Shown here: piece after piece, positions 61,361 through 64,000 of the stretch
Numbering within the stretch: the first letter of the stretch is position 1
Layout: every line of letters begins with the position of its first letter
Assembly (NCBI GenBank): GCA_963744145.1
Contig: CAVUSO010000001.1
Coordinates: 6,816,001-6,880,000 of the forward strand
DNA: 64,000 nt
Source of the DNA: an uncultured cyanobacterium
GTDB lineage: Bacteria > Cyanobacteriota > Cyanobacteriia > Cyanobacteriales > CAWUOF01
Reading direction: 5' to 3'
The notes under the pieces: generated by a model
Database searches by the model: none
What the model was told of the DNA's origin: nothing
What the model saw: the letters and a program-made list of their open reading frames with translations, nothing else
Program-made: the position numbers and the translations under genes

Positions 61361-64000
61361 TTAATAACTTACCCTCGCAGTTAGAGATAGGCGATCGACA
61401 GGATTACGCAGTAAAGCTTGTTGTAAAATTACCAACTCGTTACTATCTGTCGCGATCGCAGGTTCAAAGGTAAATGTTAATTTGAGACTCACATTGGCTC
61501 TGACTCCTTCAGTATGTAGCAAAGCATTTATAGGAGTAGCAAAACCTTGAAAACTACGCAATCCACCTTGATAGTCGAAACGCACAAACTGCTTGTCTAT
61601 CTGAATTGTTGCCTTTTGATCGATCTCAACGTTCAGTTTACCTAGTAACGGGAAAGAAGTTGTAATCTTGCGATAGTCAATGATTTGATCGACAGTAATT
61701 TCTATGCTCTTAATGCTGGTAACTTTGGCTGTCGGTTCAGAACAGCGATCGCTAAACTCTGTAAAAGCAGCATTGACAGTTCCCGATATATCAATTGTTT
61801 CAGGCTTAAGATTAAAAATTGACGGTTGATCCTGTACGCTATTCCCTTGCATTGGACTGGAGGAATAGTTAATAATCTTTGCTTGAGTTTCCTGCTCTGC
61901 GGTTTCCCCATTACCATAGTCAGCCACAATTTTAAAAGTCGTGGTTTGCCTAATTTGTACCTGATGATTATCACTAGGTAAAAATTCACCATCGATCGGC
62001 ATCCCATCTTGATAAATCCTTACTGATAACGCACCTGGCGATCGCCAGCGTAAATTCACAGTTTTAGCTAATTCGCTACTGGGCATAACCTGAACATTTA
62101 ACTCAATCACCCGTGGCTCTGGGGGTTTGAGGATACCCCTGCGATATAATTCCATGCGATCGGAAAACTCAATTGTGTCTGGTAGACTTGGCAATTTCCC
62201 ATCATCACCACGAATATAAACCTTAGTCCCAATCTTTAAATCCCATTGACCTGACCGTATACCTTCACGGACAGTTTCTCTTAGTTTGGAAATATCCGCA
62301 TCAAGCAACATCTGTAACCCTAGATTTTTGGAAAACTCTTCTTTTAAAGCTTTTGTTGTCCAGTAGTCTATACCCGCTAACCAGACCTTTTGCAGAATGT
62401 AAGCAGGTGCAAATGCACCCGCATCTTCAGCACGAATTTTTTGGCAATCCTTTAAAGACTTGAGAATCACATCCTGTTGGTTTTTATTGCCTTTTACCTC
62501 ACCTGATGAGTCGGCAGGCAATGTAAAATGGAGCAATCCTTTCGGCGCTTTAGCAGGATCGTTAGTTGGATAAAAGAGATGGCGATAAGCTTTTATTAAA
62601 GCAATTCTTACTTCTAAGTCCTTTTGATAGCCGCGTTCCTTCAGTTGTTGACGCTGATTTTCTGATAAGTCCTCTTGTCGATTTGGAGACTTCATAATAT
62701 TTTGGAATGGCAAGATGCTCTTTAGTAAGATCGATCGCCCGCTCTAATTCCTGTTTATTTGCCACTAAAAACAGCAACCGATTCCGAAATATGCGGAACT
62801 TTCCCAACTCTCCCGTATTATTAAAAATTTGCTCAACCAGATTAGGTGCAATATCGGTTGAAGCGTTTACGGTTTCTTCGTCAAAGTCAATTATACAAAG
62901 AGCAATATCATCAGGTTTATCGTCAACATCGCCCGAACTCTCAGGACTAGCAACTAAGGTAAATACTTTGTTAGCGAAGATACTATCGCGCCGATTTCGC
63001 AAATGGTCTTTCGCTGTGAGATTGCCAATCTGCTCTTTCTCTTCTACAATAATTTTGTTGATCGACGGCTCTTCTTTAAAACGTGCGATCGTCGTAATCG
63101 GATCGATATCCAGATACCATGCTACAGAAGTTAATCGATTTAACACAGGTTCAATATAACCAATCTCAACCTTGGGCATTAGCAAAGCTAAATTTAGCTC
63201 GGCTCGGCGGATACCTGCGGATGTACCTTGATTAATTGAATGCAAAAAGATTGTTCTGGCTACCCATGTCGCAAAGGGTGGTTTACCTGCGGCTTGCCAC
63301 TCTTGATCGTATAGTTGGGCATGGGCAAGCTTCCCATCAGTATTAAAAATATCTGCCTGAATTGGGCTTCGCATCAATGGACGCTCTAATCGTGACGTAA
63401 ATTCACTGGTCACACCTTCATCTAAACCAATCGGAATGTGATGCAGATGAATCATTGGTATCCACTGCGACATATCTTGCCAGAGATGTCTTACCACCAT
63501 TGCCAATAATCGCAATGCTCCCCTTGTCCTTTGAAAGTTAGGAATAGAGGCAATTTTTTTGGTTAGTAAGTCAAATAGTTCTGGCGAGAAGGGATAGCTA
63601 TACTTCAATACTTGAGCATAGTTCGCATCTTTGCACCCATCAGGTAGATTTAGCCGACTGGATTTATAAACGCTTAAATAATCCTTGGTAGCAATACCAG
63701 CAGCTTGATCGTCAATACTCTTAAAAATTCGTCTCTTAACAATGTTGTAAATTTCTAAATCTGTACTCGGACTAAGTACCCTTTCTTGTCGAGCCGATAT
63801 TTGTAATGCTTCCTTTAATTCAGAGGTTTCTGCGCCAAAGGTATTGGATTCCGATGCTAGAGTGTAGACAAATACGATATTGTTACAAGCAGCAGTTAAT
63901 TCCGTCAGTGCAAATAGAAATGCCACGACTTGTTTGGATAGATCGCTATTCCCCACTGCGATCGCTTTAGCACGGCGCAAATACTGAGCAATTTCATCAA
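61361..64000 (-). CDS. DUF499 AAA+ ATPase, 5' end outside the window, split by a 1-nt insertion near 62704
   Basis: Walker B DEIAQYL at the edge, YPFSPEL, FQRTRGALRLL, RNRLLFL; removing one C restores HLAIQNIMKSPNR. Confidence 0.9.

Noticed and set aside
62690..62720. Programmed ribosomal frameshift in DUF499 (and in the P450 and RNase III genes)
   Set aside because: No slippery heptamer or obvious stimulatory hairpin; a single indel explains each case
1..64000. HIP1 (GCGATCGC) abundance as a novel repeat; tRNA or rRNA genes
   Set aside because: HIP1 is a well-known cyanobacterial feature; I recognised no tRNA or rRNA by eye, though a tRNAscan run would be needed to exclude them

Overview
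A 64 kb segment of an AT-rich cyanobacterial chromosome, judged from abundant HIP1 octamers (GCGATCGC), cyanobacteriochrome GAFs, and Uma2/XisI/pentapeptide genes. Layout: (1) 1-7.7 kb is a co-oriented light-signalling cluster with two CBCR sensors, an RcaC-like regulator, an Rcp-like receiver and an internally deleted bacteriophytochrome. (2) 8-20 kb holds a DRB0094-type RNA ligase behind a perfect palindromic operator, a GAF/PAS kinase, CheB/CheA and a pentapeptide protein. (3) 20.5-24.3 kb is ureD-ureA-DJ1-ureB-ureC. (4) 24.3-29 kb is a mosaic of toxin-antitoxin/defence modules interleaved with two copies of the mnmA 3' end, headed by a Swt1-HEPN/RNase III fusion. (5) 30-43.5 kb, following IS remnants, is an accessory island: a PapA5-like acyltransferase, a P450, a 2707-aa single-module KS-AT-DH-MT-ER-KR-ACP-TE PKS, and an FGE/CLec gene with a DGR-like variable tail. 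(6) 43.8-55.7 kb is mostly core genes: NFACT, remA-like, WGR, patatin, PiT, rsmE and a sulfite reductase with an RHH-like tail. (7) 56-64 kb is a decaying DUF499/DUF1156 restriction-like defence locus whose nuclease-helicase gene is reduced to its two ends. Four genes are split by single-base indels that may be assembly errors. Family assignments come from motif recognition by eye; no searches were run.
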